DNA of 64,000 nt from Tindallia sp. (GTDB taxonomy: Bacteria > Bacillota > Clostridia > Peptostreptococcales > Tindalliaceae). This document shows, one piece after another, positions 25,458-34,340 of this stretch (the stretch's first letter is position 1; every line of letters begins with the position of its first letter). Under the pieces are notes generated by a model that saw only the letters and a list, made by a program, of their open reading frames with translations, had not been told where the DNA came from and searched no databases. The translations under genes and the position numbers were made by a program. The stretch is from assembly GCA_007134225.1 (NCBI GenBank), contig SLLE01000038.1:2785-66784 (forward strand), read 5' to 3'.

Positions 25458-28400
25458 ATGGGACAACCGGAACTACCTCAAAAGCAGGGTTTATATGACC
25501 CTTCAATGGAAAAAAGCAATTGTGGCGTCGGCTTTGTGGTTCAAATGAAAAACCAAGCTTCTCATGAAATATTGGAGCAGGGATTGGCTATTTTGCATAA
25601 ACTGAAACATCGTGGAGCGGTGGGAGCCGATGCCACTACAGGCGATGGAGCCGGTATGATGGTTCAGGTACCTCATGCGTTTTTCAGTTCAATTGAAAAA
25701 GAACTGGATTTTTCATTGCCGGATCCGGGGTTTTATGGTGTCGGTATGATCTTCCTTCCCAGAGAACCAAATGCAGCCCTCTATTGTCAGGGCGTTTTTG
25801 AAAAGGTATTAAAGGAAGAAGGACAGGATTTACTTGGCTGGCGTGAAGTCCCGGTTGAGCAGGAAGCCTGCGGCATATCGGCTCGTGCCACCAGGCCAAT
25901 GGTGATTCAGGTTTTTATTCGACGAGGAAAACAGGATGCGGACGCCTTTGAACGAAAGCTGCTAATGGTGCGAAAACAGGTTCAGCAAAAGATTCTTGCT
26001 TCTCAGCGCCCCTATACGGAATATTTCTTTGTTTGCAGCCTTTCTGCAAGAACCGTTGTTTATAAAGGACAGATCCTTGGATATAAACTCCAGGAGTTCT
26101 ACCCGGATTTGATGAATCCCACCTTTAAAACCGCCGTGGCCATTGTCCATGAACGCTACAGCACCAATACGTTTCCTTCCTGGAAGATGGCTCATCCCTA
26201 TCGATACATTGCCCATAACGGTGAGATTAATACCATTACGGGGAATGTGAACTGGATGAACGCACGAGAAGGTGTGATGAAATCAGATCTTTTTGGCGAT
26301 GAATTCGGGAAGATTTTGCCGGTGATAGAACCAGCCGGTAGTGACTCTGCCAGTCTTGACAATACCTTTGAGTTTTTTGTGGCCAACGGGATCTCGTTGG
26401 AACATACCATGATGATGTTGATCCCGGAAGCGTGGCATAAAAATGAAGCCATGCCGGCCTCCCAAAGGGCATTTTACGAATACCACGCCAGGCTGATGCA
26501 GCCCTGGGACGGACCAGCTACCATTGCCTTTACGGATGGAAGAAAAGTGGGGATAGCTGTGGACCGTAACGGACTTAGACCTTGCCGCTACTGGATTACG
26601 GATCAGGATATTTTTGTAATGGCCTCCGAAACTGGTGTTCTGGACGAAAGCCCGGAGCATATCATCGAAAAAGGCGGCATGCAACCAGGCCACCTGATGA
26701 TGCTGGATTTGGAAGAAGGAGTGCTTCTCCGAAACGAAGCGGTTAAAGCCAAAGTAGCTAAGGAACATGCTTACGAGCAGTGGATCACCGAAAATCGTTT
26801 AACCATGAAAGAAATGGACGAATATCCGGATCCCCGCCTCATGAACCCGGATTTGCTGCGTAAAAAACAAAAGACCTTTGGTTATACCAAAGAGGAAATC
26901 AAATATATTCTAACTCCAATGGCAAAAAATGGAGAGGAAAACATTGGAGCCATGGGGATGGACATTCCGCTGGCAGCGTTGTCGGCAGAGCCGCAACTGC
27001 TCTTTAATTATTTTCGACAGAAGTTCGCTCAGGTGACCAACCCAGCCATCGATTCTATCCGGGAGAAAAAAGCCATGTCTTTGGTTCAATTTTTAGGCAA
27101 TCATGGGCTTCTTGTGGATAAAGTGGAGATACCGGAGAAGAAGCGCTTTATTCGAATTGACAGTCCTGTACTATTGAATCAGGATCTGGAGGGATTACGC
27201 CATCTTTATACCGATGATTTTAAAACGGTCTCTCTACCCATTACATTCCAAACTGACGGCGGACCGGATCGGTTGCGCCATGCTCTGGACAATCTCTGTC
27301 AGAGGGCGGAAGAAAATATTCTTCAAGGACATAATATCCTGATATTAAGCGACCGAAATATCGATTATTATAATGCGCCAATCCCCAGTTTGCTGGCGGT
27401 AAGTGCTGTGCATCAGCATCTGGTAAAATGCAAGCTTAGAACCAAAGCCGATTTGATTGTAGAAGCAGGAGATGCCAGAGACGTGATGCACTTGGCACTG
27501 CTCATCGGTTTCGGTGCAACGGCGTTAAATCCATATATTGGCTTTGAAACCATTGGACCGGATAAAACAGAAGAAATCAATTCTTACTGCAGTGCCCTGG
27601 AGAAAGGACTGCTAAAAATTATTGCCAAAATGGGTATTTCAACGCTGCAGAGCTACCAGGGAGCCCAAACCTTTGAAATCATCGGTATTGCGGATGAAGT
27701 GGTGGAAGCCTATTTTCCAGGTACAGCAGCACGCATTTCTGGCATTGGACTGGAAGAAATTGCCAAAGAGTGCCTGAAACGTCACAAGCCTGCCTATAGC
27801 ATTACTGAAATTCAACGAGGCGATCTGCAGCCGGGAGGAGAACTTTTTTGGAAGGAAGGCAGAGAATCCCACCTCTTTAATCCTTATCGGGTTAATATGC
27901 TTCAAAAGGCAGCCAGCCTGAACAGCTATGAAGTCTATCGGGAACTTTCCGATGACCTGCATCACAATCGGCAACATGCAGAAACCCTTCGGGGGATGTT
28001 GAATTTCAAACCTGGTCAATCCATTCCAGTGGAAGAAATAGAATCGGTGGAAAACATCCGAAAACGATTTACCTCCGGGGCGGTTTCCTTTGGTTCCATC
28101 AGCAAAGAAGCTCATGAAACCATGGCCATTGCCATGAACCGGATGGGTGCCAGAAGCAACAGCGGTGAAGGCGGTGAAAACCCAGTCCGTTATTTTAAAG
28201 ATATTCACGGAAACCAGCTGAAAAGTGCCTCGAAACAAGTTGCATCCGGTCGGTTTGGTGTAACGATGCATTATTTGGTAAATGCGGATGAAATTCAGAT
28301 TAAAGTGGGGCAGGGAGCCAAGCCGGGTGAAGGCGGCCATCTGCCCGGCGATAAGGTAACGGTGGAGATTGCAGAAGTCCGTCATTCCTTGCCGGGTATC

Positions 28401-29942
28401 GATTTAATATCCCCTCCCCCTCATCACGATATTTATTCCATTGAGGATTTAGCCCAATTAATTTTTGATCTGAAAAACGCTAATCAGAAAGCGCGGATCA
28501 ATGTTAAACTGGTGGCTTCAAGCGGTGTTGGTACCGTAGCTGCCGGTGTGGCCAAAGCCCATGCAGACGCCATTCTCATAAGTGGTCATGATGGCGGAAC
28601 CGGCGCTTCTGCATTTAGTTCCATGAAACATGTAGGTATCCCCTGGGAACTGGGATTGGCAGAGGTGCAACAAACCTTAATGCTGAACAACCTGCGGAGC
28701 CGCGTTATCCTTCAGACAGACGGAAAGCTCTGTACCGGAAGGGATGCAGTGGTTGCAGCCCTGCTGGGTGCAGAAGAATATGGATTCACCACCGCGGCTA
28801 TGATCGCCAGTGGTTGCACCATGTGTCGTCAATGCCACCGAAACAAGTGTCCTGTTGGGATCGCCACCCAGGATGAAAACCTGAGAAAGAAATATGCCGG
28901 AAGACCAGAGTACCTGGAAAATTATTTCACCTTTGTGGCCATGGAAATGAGAGAAATCATGGCACAGTTGGGTTATCACAAGGTGGACGATATGATCGGG
29001 CAGACCGAAAGCCTGCGATTAAGAAAAGACACCCAGGGGAAAGCAGCTTTGCTGGATTTGTCGGACCTTCTGTATGTGCCGGAACTGCCGGCTTCCATCC
29101 AGCCAAGATGCACAAAAACACAGAATCATGGTTTAGAGGAAGTGCTGGATCTTCAGTTGATTGACCTAGCGGCGGACAGCCTGGAAAAAAGAAAACCGGT
29201 GCAGGGTGAATACTCGGTATGTAACACTGACCGCGCGGTGGGAACCATGTTAAGTGGTGAAATAGCCAAACGGTATGGCCAGGCAGGTTTGGCTGAAGAT
29301 ACCATTAATCTGCAGTTTCGAGGTTCTGCCGGTCAAAGCTTCGGAGCTTTTACAGTGAAAGGTGTGACCTTGACCCTGACCGGCGATGCAAATGATTACC
29401 TTGGGAAAGGACTCAGCGGTGGAAAAATAATTGTCCGGCCGGAGGAAGGCATTGGCTTTGATCCCTCCAAAAATTGGATTGCCGGAAACACACTGCTGTA
29501 TGGAGCTACGGAGGGCGAAGTTTATCTTCAGGGCCAGGCGGGTCATCGCTTTGCGGTGCGCAACTCTGGCGCTATCGCCGTAGTGGAGGGCGTTGGAAGC
29601 CATGGATGCGAATACATGACAGGTGGTACAGTGGTGGTGTTAGGGCCGGTAGGAGATAATTTCGGTGCCGGCATGAGCGGTGGAATGGCCTTTCTGTTGG
29701 ATGAAGATAAAACCCTAAACTCAAAGATCAATAAAGATCTAATTGAACTCATGGATATAACAGAGACCAGTCACCAGGAATCTCTTAAAAAAATGCTGGA
29801 AAAACACTTTGAATACACCAAAAGTCCAAAGGCACAAAAAATTCTGAAAGATTGGGACAAGAGCCTTTCGAAATTTAAATTGGCTGTTTCGCCAATCTAT
29901 TTATCAAAAAAAGCTTTGCTTTTTGAGAAGAATGTGATATAA
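25458..29942 (+). CDS. gltB: Glutamate synthase large subunit
   Basis: 1494 aa. Ntn-amidotransferase Cys in SNCGVGF, an FMN/3Fe-4S central region and the C-terminal GXGXG beta-helix domain (GSAGQSFGAF, GGKIIV). Confidence 0.95.
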   Translation: MGQPELPQKQGLYDPSMEKSNCGVGFVVQMKNQASHEILEQGLAILHKLKHRGAVGADATTGDGAGMMVQVPHAFFSSIEKELDFSLPDPGFYGVGMIFLPREPNAALYCQGVFEKVLKEEGQDLLGWREVPVEQEACGISARATRPMVIQVFIRRGKQDADAFERKLLMVRKQVQQKILASQRPYTEYFFVCSLSARTVVYKGQILGYKLQEFYPDLMNPTFKTAVAIVHERYSTNTFPSWKMAHPYRYIAHNGEINTITGNVNWMNAREGVMKSDLFGDEFGKILPVIEPAGSDSASLDNTFEFFVANGISLEHTMMMLIPEAWHKNEAMPASQRAFYEYHARLMQPWDGPATIAFTDGRKVGIAVDRNGLRPCRYWITDQDIFVMASETGVLDESPEHIIEKGGMQPGHLMMLDLEEGVLLRNEAVKAKVAKEHAYEQWITENRLTMKEMDEYPDPRLMNPDLLRKKQKTFGYTKEEIKYILTPMAKNGEENIGAMGMDIPLAALSAEPQLLFNYFRQKFAQVTNPAIDSIREKKAMSLVQFLGNHGLLVDKVEIPEKKRFIRIDSPVLLNQDLEGLRHLYTDDFKTVSLPITFQTDGGPDRLRHALDNLCQRAEENILQGHNILILSDRNIDYYNAPIPSLLAVSAVHQHLVKCKLRTKADLIVEAGDARDVMHLALLIGFGATALNPYIGFETIGPDKTEEINSYCSALEKGLLKIIAKMGISTLQSYQGAQTFEIIGIADEVVEAYFPGTAARISGIGLEEIAKECLKRHKPAYSITEIQRGDLQPGGELFWKEGRESHLFNPYRVNMLQKAASLNSYEVYRELSDDLHHNRQHAETLRGMLNFKPGQSIPVEEIESVENIRKRFTSGAVSFGSISKEAHETMAIAMNRMGARSNSGEGGENPVRYFKDIHGNQLKSASKQVASGRFGVTMHYLVNADEIQIKVGQGAKPGEGGHLPGDKVTVEIAEVRHSLPGIDLISPPPHHDIYSIEDLAQLIFDLKNANQKARINVKLVASSGVGTVAAGVAKAHADAILISGHDGGTGASAFSSMKHVGIPWELGLAEVQQTLMLNNLRSRVILQTDGKLCTGRDAVVAALLGAEEYGFTTAAMIASGCTMCRQCHRNKCPVGIATQDENLRKKYAGRPEYLENYFTFVAMEMREIMAQLGYHKVDDMIGQTESLRLRKDTQGKAALLDLSDLLYVPELPASIQPRCTKTQNHGLEEVLDLQLIDLAADSLEKRKPVQGEYSVCNTDRAVGTMLSGEIAKRYGQAGLAEDTINLQFRGSAGQSFGAFTVKGVTLTLTGDANDYLGKGLSGGKIIVRPEEGIGFDPSKNWIAGNTLLYGATEGEVYLQGQAGHRFAVRNSGAIAVVEGVGSHGCEYMTGGTVVVLGPVGDNFGAGMSGGMAFLLDEDKTLNSKINKDLIELMDITETSHQESLKKMLEKHFEYTKSPKAQKILKDWDKSLSKFKLAVSPIYLSKKALLFEKNVI

Positions 29943-29969
29943 TCCAAACAATTAAATAATTGCAAGAAC

Positions 29970-30027
29970 AACGGCGTTCTTTTCACTGGCAGATATCTCT
30001 GTTCATGTGTTAGAACGCTGTTTTTTT
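29970..30027 (+). terminator. Long-stem intrinsic terminator between gltB and glnA
   Basis: AACGGCGTTCT 29970-29980 pairs with AGAACGCTGTT 30012-30022 (11 bp, one G-U). Inner helices CAC/GTG and CAGA/TCTG. Followed by T7. Confidence 0.7.
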
Positions 30028-30074
30028 ATTTTTTATTATTCATTAACAAAAACAAATTTTAGGAGGCTGTTACT

Positions 30075-31406
30075 ATGGAAAAGTTAACGAAGGAAGATGT
30101 TCTGAAGAAAGTAAGAGAAAACAATGTCAAGTTTATCAGACTTCAATTCACAGACATTTTGGGAACTATGAAAAATGTCGCCATTACGGAAAGCCAGCTT
30201 GAAAAGGCATTGAGCAATGAATGTATGTTCGATGGTTCATCCATCGAAGGCTTTGTTCGGATTGAAGAATCGGATATGTACTTAAGACCGGATACCTCCA
30301 CCTATGTGGAATTTCCCTGGAGACCACAGCATGATGGCGTAGCAAGAATGATTTGTGATGTGTATCAGCCAAATGGAGAAGCCTTTCCCGGTGATCCAAG
30401 AAATGTGTTGAAACGAGTGTTGGACGAAGCGGCTGAAATGGGATACACCTTTAATGTAGGACCAGAATGTGAATTTTTCTTGTTCCAGAAGGATGAAAAT
30501 GGGTATCCTACAACAGAAACCCATGATCAGGCCGGCTACTTCGACTTAGGACCGGTGGATCACGGTGAGGATGCTCGGCGAGATATGTGTTTGCTGCTGG
30601 AGGAAATGGGCTTTGAGATTGAAGCCTCTCACCATGAAGTGGCAGAAGGACAGCATGAAATTGACTTTAAATATGAAGAAGCCATGAAAACCGCCGATAA
30701 CATCATGACCTTTAAAATTGTTGTCAAAGCCATTGCACAACGCCACGGACTACATGCCACTTTTATGCCAAAACCAATTTTCGGCATTAATGGTTCCGGA
30801 ATGCATACCAATATGTCCCTCGGCAAGGATGGAAAAAATGCATTTTACGATCCGAACGGTGCACTTGAATTAAGTAAGGAAGCCTATCAGTTTATTGCAG
30901 GAATTTTGACCCATGCCAAAGCCATGTGTGCCATCACCAACCCTACGGTAAACTCCTACAAACGACTGGTACCTGGTTATGAAGCGCCGGTATATCTAGC
31001 TTGGTCCACGAGAAACAGAAGTCCGCTGATTCGTATTCCTGAAGCACGGGGGAACAGCACCCGTGTGGAAATGCGGCATCCGGATCCTTCCTGTAATCCA
31101 TACCTGGCACTTGCCGTTGCATTGGCTGCCGGTCTGGACGGGATTAAAAAAGGCATGGAACCGCCACAGGGCGTCAGTGAAAACATTTATGATATGGATG
31201 AAGCGACGAGAAATGAAAAGAGCATCGAAAGCCTGCCGGCTAACCTGAACGATGCCATTGCAGAAATGAAAAAGAGCTCATTAATGAAGGAAACCCTGGG
31301 AGAACATTTATTCCACCGATATATCGAAGCGAAAACCATTGAATGGGACTCTTTCAGAACAGCAGTTCATCCATGGGAATTGGAACAGTATTTGAAGCGG
31401 TACTAA
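30075..31406 (+). CDS. glnA: Glutamine synthetase type I
   Basis: 443 aa. GS-I beta-grasp ([17 protein letters not shown]) and catalytic domain ([16 protein letters not shown]). AGGAGG RBS. Confidence 0.95.
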   Translation: MEKLTKEDVLKKVRENNVKFIRLQFTDILGTMKNVAITESQLEKALSNECMFDGSSIEGFVRIEESDMYLRPDTSTYVEFPWRPQHDGVARMICDVYQPNGEAFPGDPRNVLKRVLDEAAEMGYTFNVGPECEFFLFQKDENGYPTTETHDQAGYFDLGPVDHGEDARRDMCLLLEEMGFEIEASHHEVAEGQHEIDFKYEEAMKTADNIMTFKIVVKAIAQRHGLHATFMPKPIFGINGSGMHTNMSLGKDGKNAFYDPNGALELSKEAYQFIAGILTHAKAMCAITNPTVNSYKRLVPGYEAPVYLAWSTRNRSPLIRIPEARGNSTRVEMRHPDPSCNPYLALAVALAAGLDGIKKGMEPPQGVSENIYDMDEATRNEKSIESLPANLNDAIAEMKKSSLMKETLGEHLFHRYIEAKTIEWDSFRTAVHPWELEQYLKRY

Positions 31407-31430
31407 GTCATACCATTGGGAGTGAGTGCG

Positions 31431-32009
31431 ATGAAGTCAGCCAGTGTTATTGTGGCAATGCAGCAGAAAGAGTCAATTCAACAAATTCGGCAATTGTTGC
31501 AAAAATGCGGCCATCGCATAGCTCACTCCTGTCAGTCCGGTAATGAAGCCCTGCAGGCAGCCAGAAGCATGGAACCGGATATCATTATTATAAATGAAAC
31601 ACTGCCGGACTTTCAGGGTCTTGAGCTGGCAGAAATTGTGATTGAAGACAGGCTCTGTGCGGTGGTATTGCTGGCCAGTCCTGCTCATAAAGCCTTTGCG
31701 GAAAAGAAAATGAATGCGGCAGATTTTGTCTGTTTAACAAAGCCAGTTCAAGGAATTGTGCTGGAAAACTCCGTGGAAATGCTTCTGAAAACCAACAGGC
31801 ATCTTCGTCAGCTTGAAAAGTCACTTTCTAAAATGAAGAAAACCATTCAGGATCGAAAAGTCATCGAAAAAGCAAAAGGACTGATGATGGAAAAGCTGGA
31901 ACTCAGTGAAGATACATCATATCGGGAAATGCGCAAGAAAAGCATGGACACAGGAAAGAGCCTGACTGAAATAGCAGAAGTAGTGATTAAGCTGTTGCAG
32001 GAAAAATAA
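31431..32009 (+). CDS. ANTAR-domain RNA-binding regulator with a degenerate receiver domain (NitR-like)
   Basis: C-terminal ANTAR motif RKVIEKAKGLMMEKLELSEDTSYREMRKKSMDTGKSLTEIAEVVI. The N-terminal receiver fold has N instead of the acceptor Asp (DIIIINETLPD) and no acidic pair (VIVAMQQ). ATG 31431 lies 8 nt after GGGAG. Confidence 0.8.
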   Translation: MKSASVIVAMQQKESIQQIRQLLQKCGHRIAHSCQSGNEALQAARSMEPDIIIINETLPDFQGLELAEIVIEDRLCAVVLLASPAHKAFAEKKMNAADFVCLTKPVQGIVLENSVEMLLKTNRHLRQLEKSLSKMKKTIQDRKVIEKAKGLMMEKLELSEDTSYREMRKKSMDTGKSLTEIAEVVIKLLQEK

Positions 32010-32041
32010 CTGTTTATGAAAAAATTGCTCAAAGCAAGTCA

Positions 32042-32070
32042 AAAGCGACCATCGTGATATGGTCGCTTTA
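32042..32070 (+). terminator. Intrinsic terminator after the ANTAR gene
   Basis: AGCGACCAT 32044-32052 / ATGGTCGCT 32059-32067, followed by a short T-run. Confidence 0.6.
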
Positions 32071-32168
32071 TCAATGAATTTTTTCCAAATAATATGGTAT
32101 GATGCTACTATATCAATTACGCGGAAGAGAAAATTATGGTTTGATACAAGATATTAGTTCCTCAAATT

Positions 32169-32214
32169 AAAAAAGCCCATTTCAATGATCGTATTCAATC
32201 GAATTAGGCTTTTT
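32169..32214 (-). terminator. Terminator downstream of tRNA-Thr (usable in both directions)
   Basis: AAAAAGCCCATTTC ... GAATTAGGCTTTTT imperfect hairpin flanked by A- and T-runs. Confidence 0.55.
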
Positions 32215-32225
32215 ATAATGTTTTA

Positions 32226-32302
32226 TGGAGCTGTTGAGCGGACTCGAACCGCCGAACCTCTTCCTTACCAAGGAAGTGCTCTACCTACTGAGCTACAACA
32301 GC
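32226..32302 (-). tRNA. tRNA-Thr (anticodon GGU), CCA encoded
   Basis: Reverse complement GCTGTTGTAGCTCAGTAGGTAGAGCACTTCCTTGGTAAGGAAGAGGTTCGGCGGTTCGAGTCCGCTCAACAGCTCCA folds as a cloverleaf. Acceptor GCTGTTG/CAACAGC, anticodon loop TTGGTAA, T-loop GGTTCGAGTCC. Confidence 0.95.
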
Positions 32303-32355
32303 AAATATGAATGACTTATTCCTTATGAAGGAAGTGATCGTAAACCACATAGAGT

Positions 32356-32384
32356 ATTATAGCTTATCAAAAATGAAATGTAAA
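32356..32384 (-). promoter_or_regulatory. Sigma-A promoter of tRNA-Thr
   Basis: On the minus strand: TTTACA (32379-32384), 17-nt spacer, TATAAT (32356-32361). Confidence 0.6.
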
Positions 32385-32406
32385 GAAGAAAACTAGAAAA
32401 TATTAT

Positions 32407-32477
32407 GATAAACAGGAATCTTAGCTTCTGGTGGAGTTATAACTCCATCAGATCTAAGTCAATGAAAGGAAGTTATC
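32407..32477 (+). repeat. Conserved hairpin element, copy 2, in the 5' leader of the HAD gene
   Basis: GATAAACAGGAATCTTAGCTTC, then the stem CTGGTGGAGT/ACTCCATCAG. The closing strand GTTATC 32472-32477 sits between the SD (AAAGGAAG) and ATG 32479. Confidence 0.6.
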
Positions 32478-32478
32478 G

Positions 32479-33276
32479 ATGAAATACAAAATGATTGTAT
32501 CTGATGTTGATGGAACTCTGTTTGAATCGGGAAACCAATTGAATGATTCTACGCTTAGATGGGTAGATGCGTTTCATCAGGCCGGCGGTATCTTTACACT
32601 GGCAACGGGACGCATGAAAAAAGCAGTGGATCCTTTTATTGAGCAGCTGAGTATTAAGGTTCCTGTCATTGTGTATAACGGAGCTCAACTGGTAGATCCG
32701 ATAGACAATCAAATCATTAAAGCCTATAACGTTGAAAAGGAACTGGCTCATCAGGTGATGAAAACAGTAAAAGATTTTAAGCTTGACCCTATTGTTCACG
32801 TCCATCAGCAGCCTTATGTCCTTGGAATATCGGAAGCCATCGAAGCGCATACCCTTAAAGATGGCATTACCTGTCAGGTGACGGATGATGCGGAGACCTT
32901 ACTGATGGAAGCACCCACCAAATTTTTAATCATTGGAGAGCCGGAAGAAATCCAACGATTTTTGGAAGTACTGAAACAACAATATTCAAAGCCTTTTCAT
33001 CATGTATTTTCCGATTGGAATTATTTGGAAATTCTGCCGATGGGAGCTTCCAAAGGCAAAGCATTGGAGCATCTTTCCAGTTATCTGGAGATATCACTGG
33101 AAGAAATAGCAGTGGTTGGAGATGAACGAAATGATCTTTCCATGCTAGAAAAAGCAGGCTTCGGCGCCGCTGTGGCCAACGCCAATGACGACCTGAAAAA
33201 ACAGGCCGATTATGTGTCAGTAGGTTCTTTTCATCGTGGGCTGGAAGAAGTGATCAAAAAAATCATGGAAGGTTAA
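32479..33276 (+). CDS. Cof-type HAD-IIB phosphatase
   Basis: Motif I VSDVDGTLF, motif IV GDERNDLSML. 265 aa. Confidence 0.85.
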   Translation: MKYKMIVSDVDGTLFESGNQLNDSTLRWVDAFHQAGGIFTLATGRMKKAVDPFIEQLSIKVPVIVYNGAQLVDPIDNQIIKAYNVEKELAHQVMKTVKDFKLDPIVHVHQQPYVLGISEAIEAHTLKDGITCQVTDDAETLLMEAPTKFLIIGEPEEIQRFLEVLKQQYSKPFHHVFSDWNYLEILPMGASKGKALEHLSSYLEISLEEIAVVGDERNDLSMLEKAGFGAAVANANDDLKKQADYVSVGSFHRGLEEVIKKIMEG

Positions 33277-33385
33277 AAATGGGTACCCTTTTGTGATCAT
33301 GTAAAGGTTTTTCTGGCATAAAGCAGGCACTAATTGTATAATGGAAAAGGAAACCGTTTACAAAATCCGATTGGGGGAAAAATGT

Positions 33386-34306
33386 ATGATGCAGGCATTA
33401 CTGGAAAATATGCTGGAGGAGCATCGGCACTGGACACAAAAGGGAGCCGTTGCCACTTATATTCCGGAACTGTCCAAGCAGGACCCGGAAGCATTGGGGA
33501 TTTGTGTGTATGATTTAACAGGAGAGCTATATCATGCCGGTGAATGGGACATGACGTTTACCATGCAGAGCATTTCCAAGATTGTTACGTTTATGTGTGG
33601 CCTGCAGGACAATACCATGGACACTTTATACAAAAAAATTACAGTGGCACCATCTTCGGATGGCTTCAATTCCATTGTCAACCTGGAAACAAAAAATGAG
33701 CATCGGCCACTGAATCCGTTAATCAATTCCGGTGCCATTGCCAGCATCGAACTTGTTAAAGGAAAAACTCTGGAAGAAAAATACAAACGGATCCTGAATA
33801 TGATTCGTTTTCTATCGGATAATCCTTCCATTGAAGTGAACCAGAGTGTTTATTTATCAGAGAAAGAGACAGGAGACCGGAACCGGGCGCTGGCTTATTT
33901 TATGAAAAGCACCGGAACCATTGGATCCGATGTGGAAGAACTGTTGGATGCATATTTCAAGCTTTGTTCTGTGGAAATAACCTGTAAGGATATTGCCTCT
34001 ATTGCTGCCGTGCTAGCTAATGACGGAAAGAGTCTTAAGGATGGTCGGGAGCTGATGAGCAAGAAAATATGCAAAACCGTGAAAGCGGTTATGACCACTT
34101 GCGGGCTATACGACGGTTCCGGCGAATATGCCGTTAGCGTGGGGCTGCCTTCTAAAAGCGGTGTCGGTGGAGGCATTATGGCTGTATCGCCGCATAAAAT
34201 GGGGATAGGTGTATGCGGACCGGCCCTGGACGCCAAAGGTAACAGCATAGCTGGTGTCAAGCTGCTGGAAAGTCTGTCCCATCGATTGGAACTTAGTATA
34301 TTCTAA
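33386..34306 (+). CDS. glsA: Glutaminase A
   Basis: Serine-dependent glutaminase motifs QSISK and NPLINSGAI, plus C-terminal SKSGVGGGI. ATG 33386 lies 7 nt after GGGGGA. Confidence 0.9.
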   Translation: MMQALLENMLEEHRHWTQKGAVATYIPELSKQDPEALGICVYDLTGELYHAGEWDMTFTMQSISKIVTFMCGLQDNTMDTLYKKITVAPSSDGFNSIVNLETKNEHRPLNPLINSGAIASIELVKGKTLEEKYKRILNMIRFLSDNPSIEVNQSVYLSEKETGDRNRALAYFMKSTGTIGSDVEELLDAYFKLCSVEITCKDIASIAAVLANDGKSLKDGRELMSKKICKTVKAVMTTCGLYDGSGEYAVSVGLPSKSGVGGGIMAVSPHKMGIGVCGPALDAKGNSIAGVKLLESLSHRLELSIF

Positions 34307-34340
34307 AAAGAAACAGCGTTGCTATGGACGCTGTTTTTTT
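34306..34340. terminator. Bidirectional terminator overlapping the rqcH stop codon
   Basis: AAACAGCG 34311-34318 / CGCTGTTT 34329-34336 with flanking A5 and T7. The rqcH stop (34322-34324) lies in the loop. Confidence 0.75.

Noticed and set aside
27639-28385. Long antisense ORFs inside well-supported genes: 27639-28385 in gltB, 26283-26768 in gltB, 12404-12931 in the SBP gene, 36497-37231 across dapF/yicC, 38269-38850 in gmk, 54384-55010 in yloV, 60386-60904 in fapR, 16009-16425 in the ATPase gene
   Set aside because: There are no RBSs, the composition is low-complexity or unusual, and each lies fully opposite a gene with strong family motifs. These are typical shadow ORFs.
29949-29962. Upstream hairpin CAATT-AAAT-AATTG as the first ANTAR-binding hairpin
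   Set aside because: The loop is a tetraloop, or the hexaloop TAAATA, and lacks the A1/G4 pattern. It is mentioned as a caveat and not annotated as a feature.
32404-32481. 25-codon ORF (MINRNLSFWWSYNSIRSKSMKGSYR) running through hairpin copy 2
   Set aside because: It is not conserved as a reading frame in copy 1, where the equivalent frame stops after 8 codons, and it has no RBS. The conservation pattern fits RNA structure, not coding.
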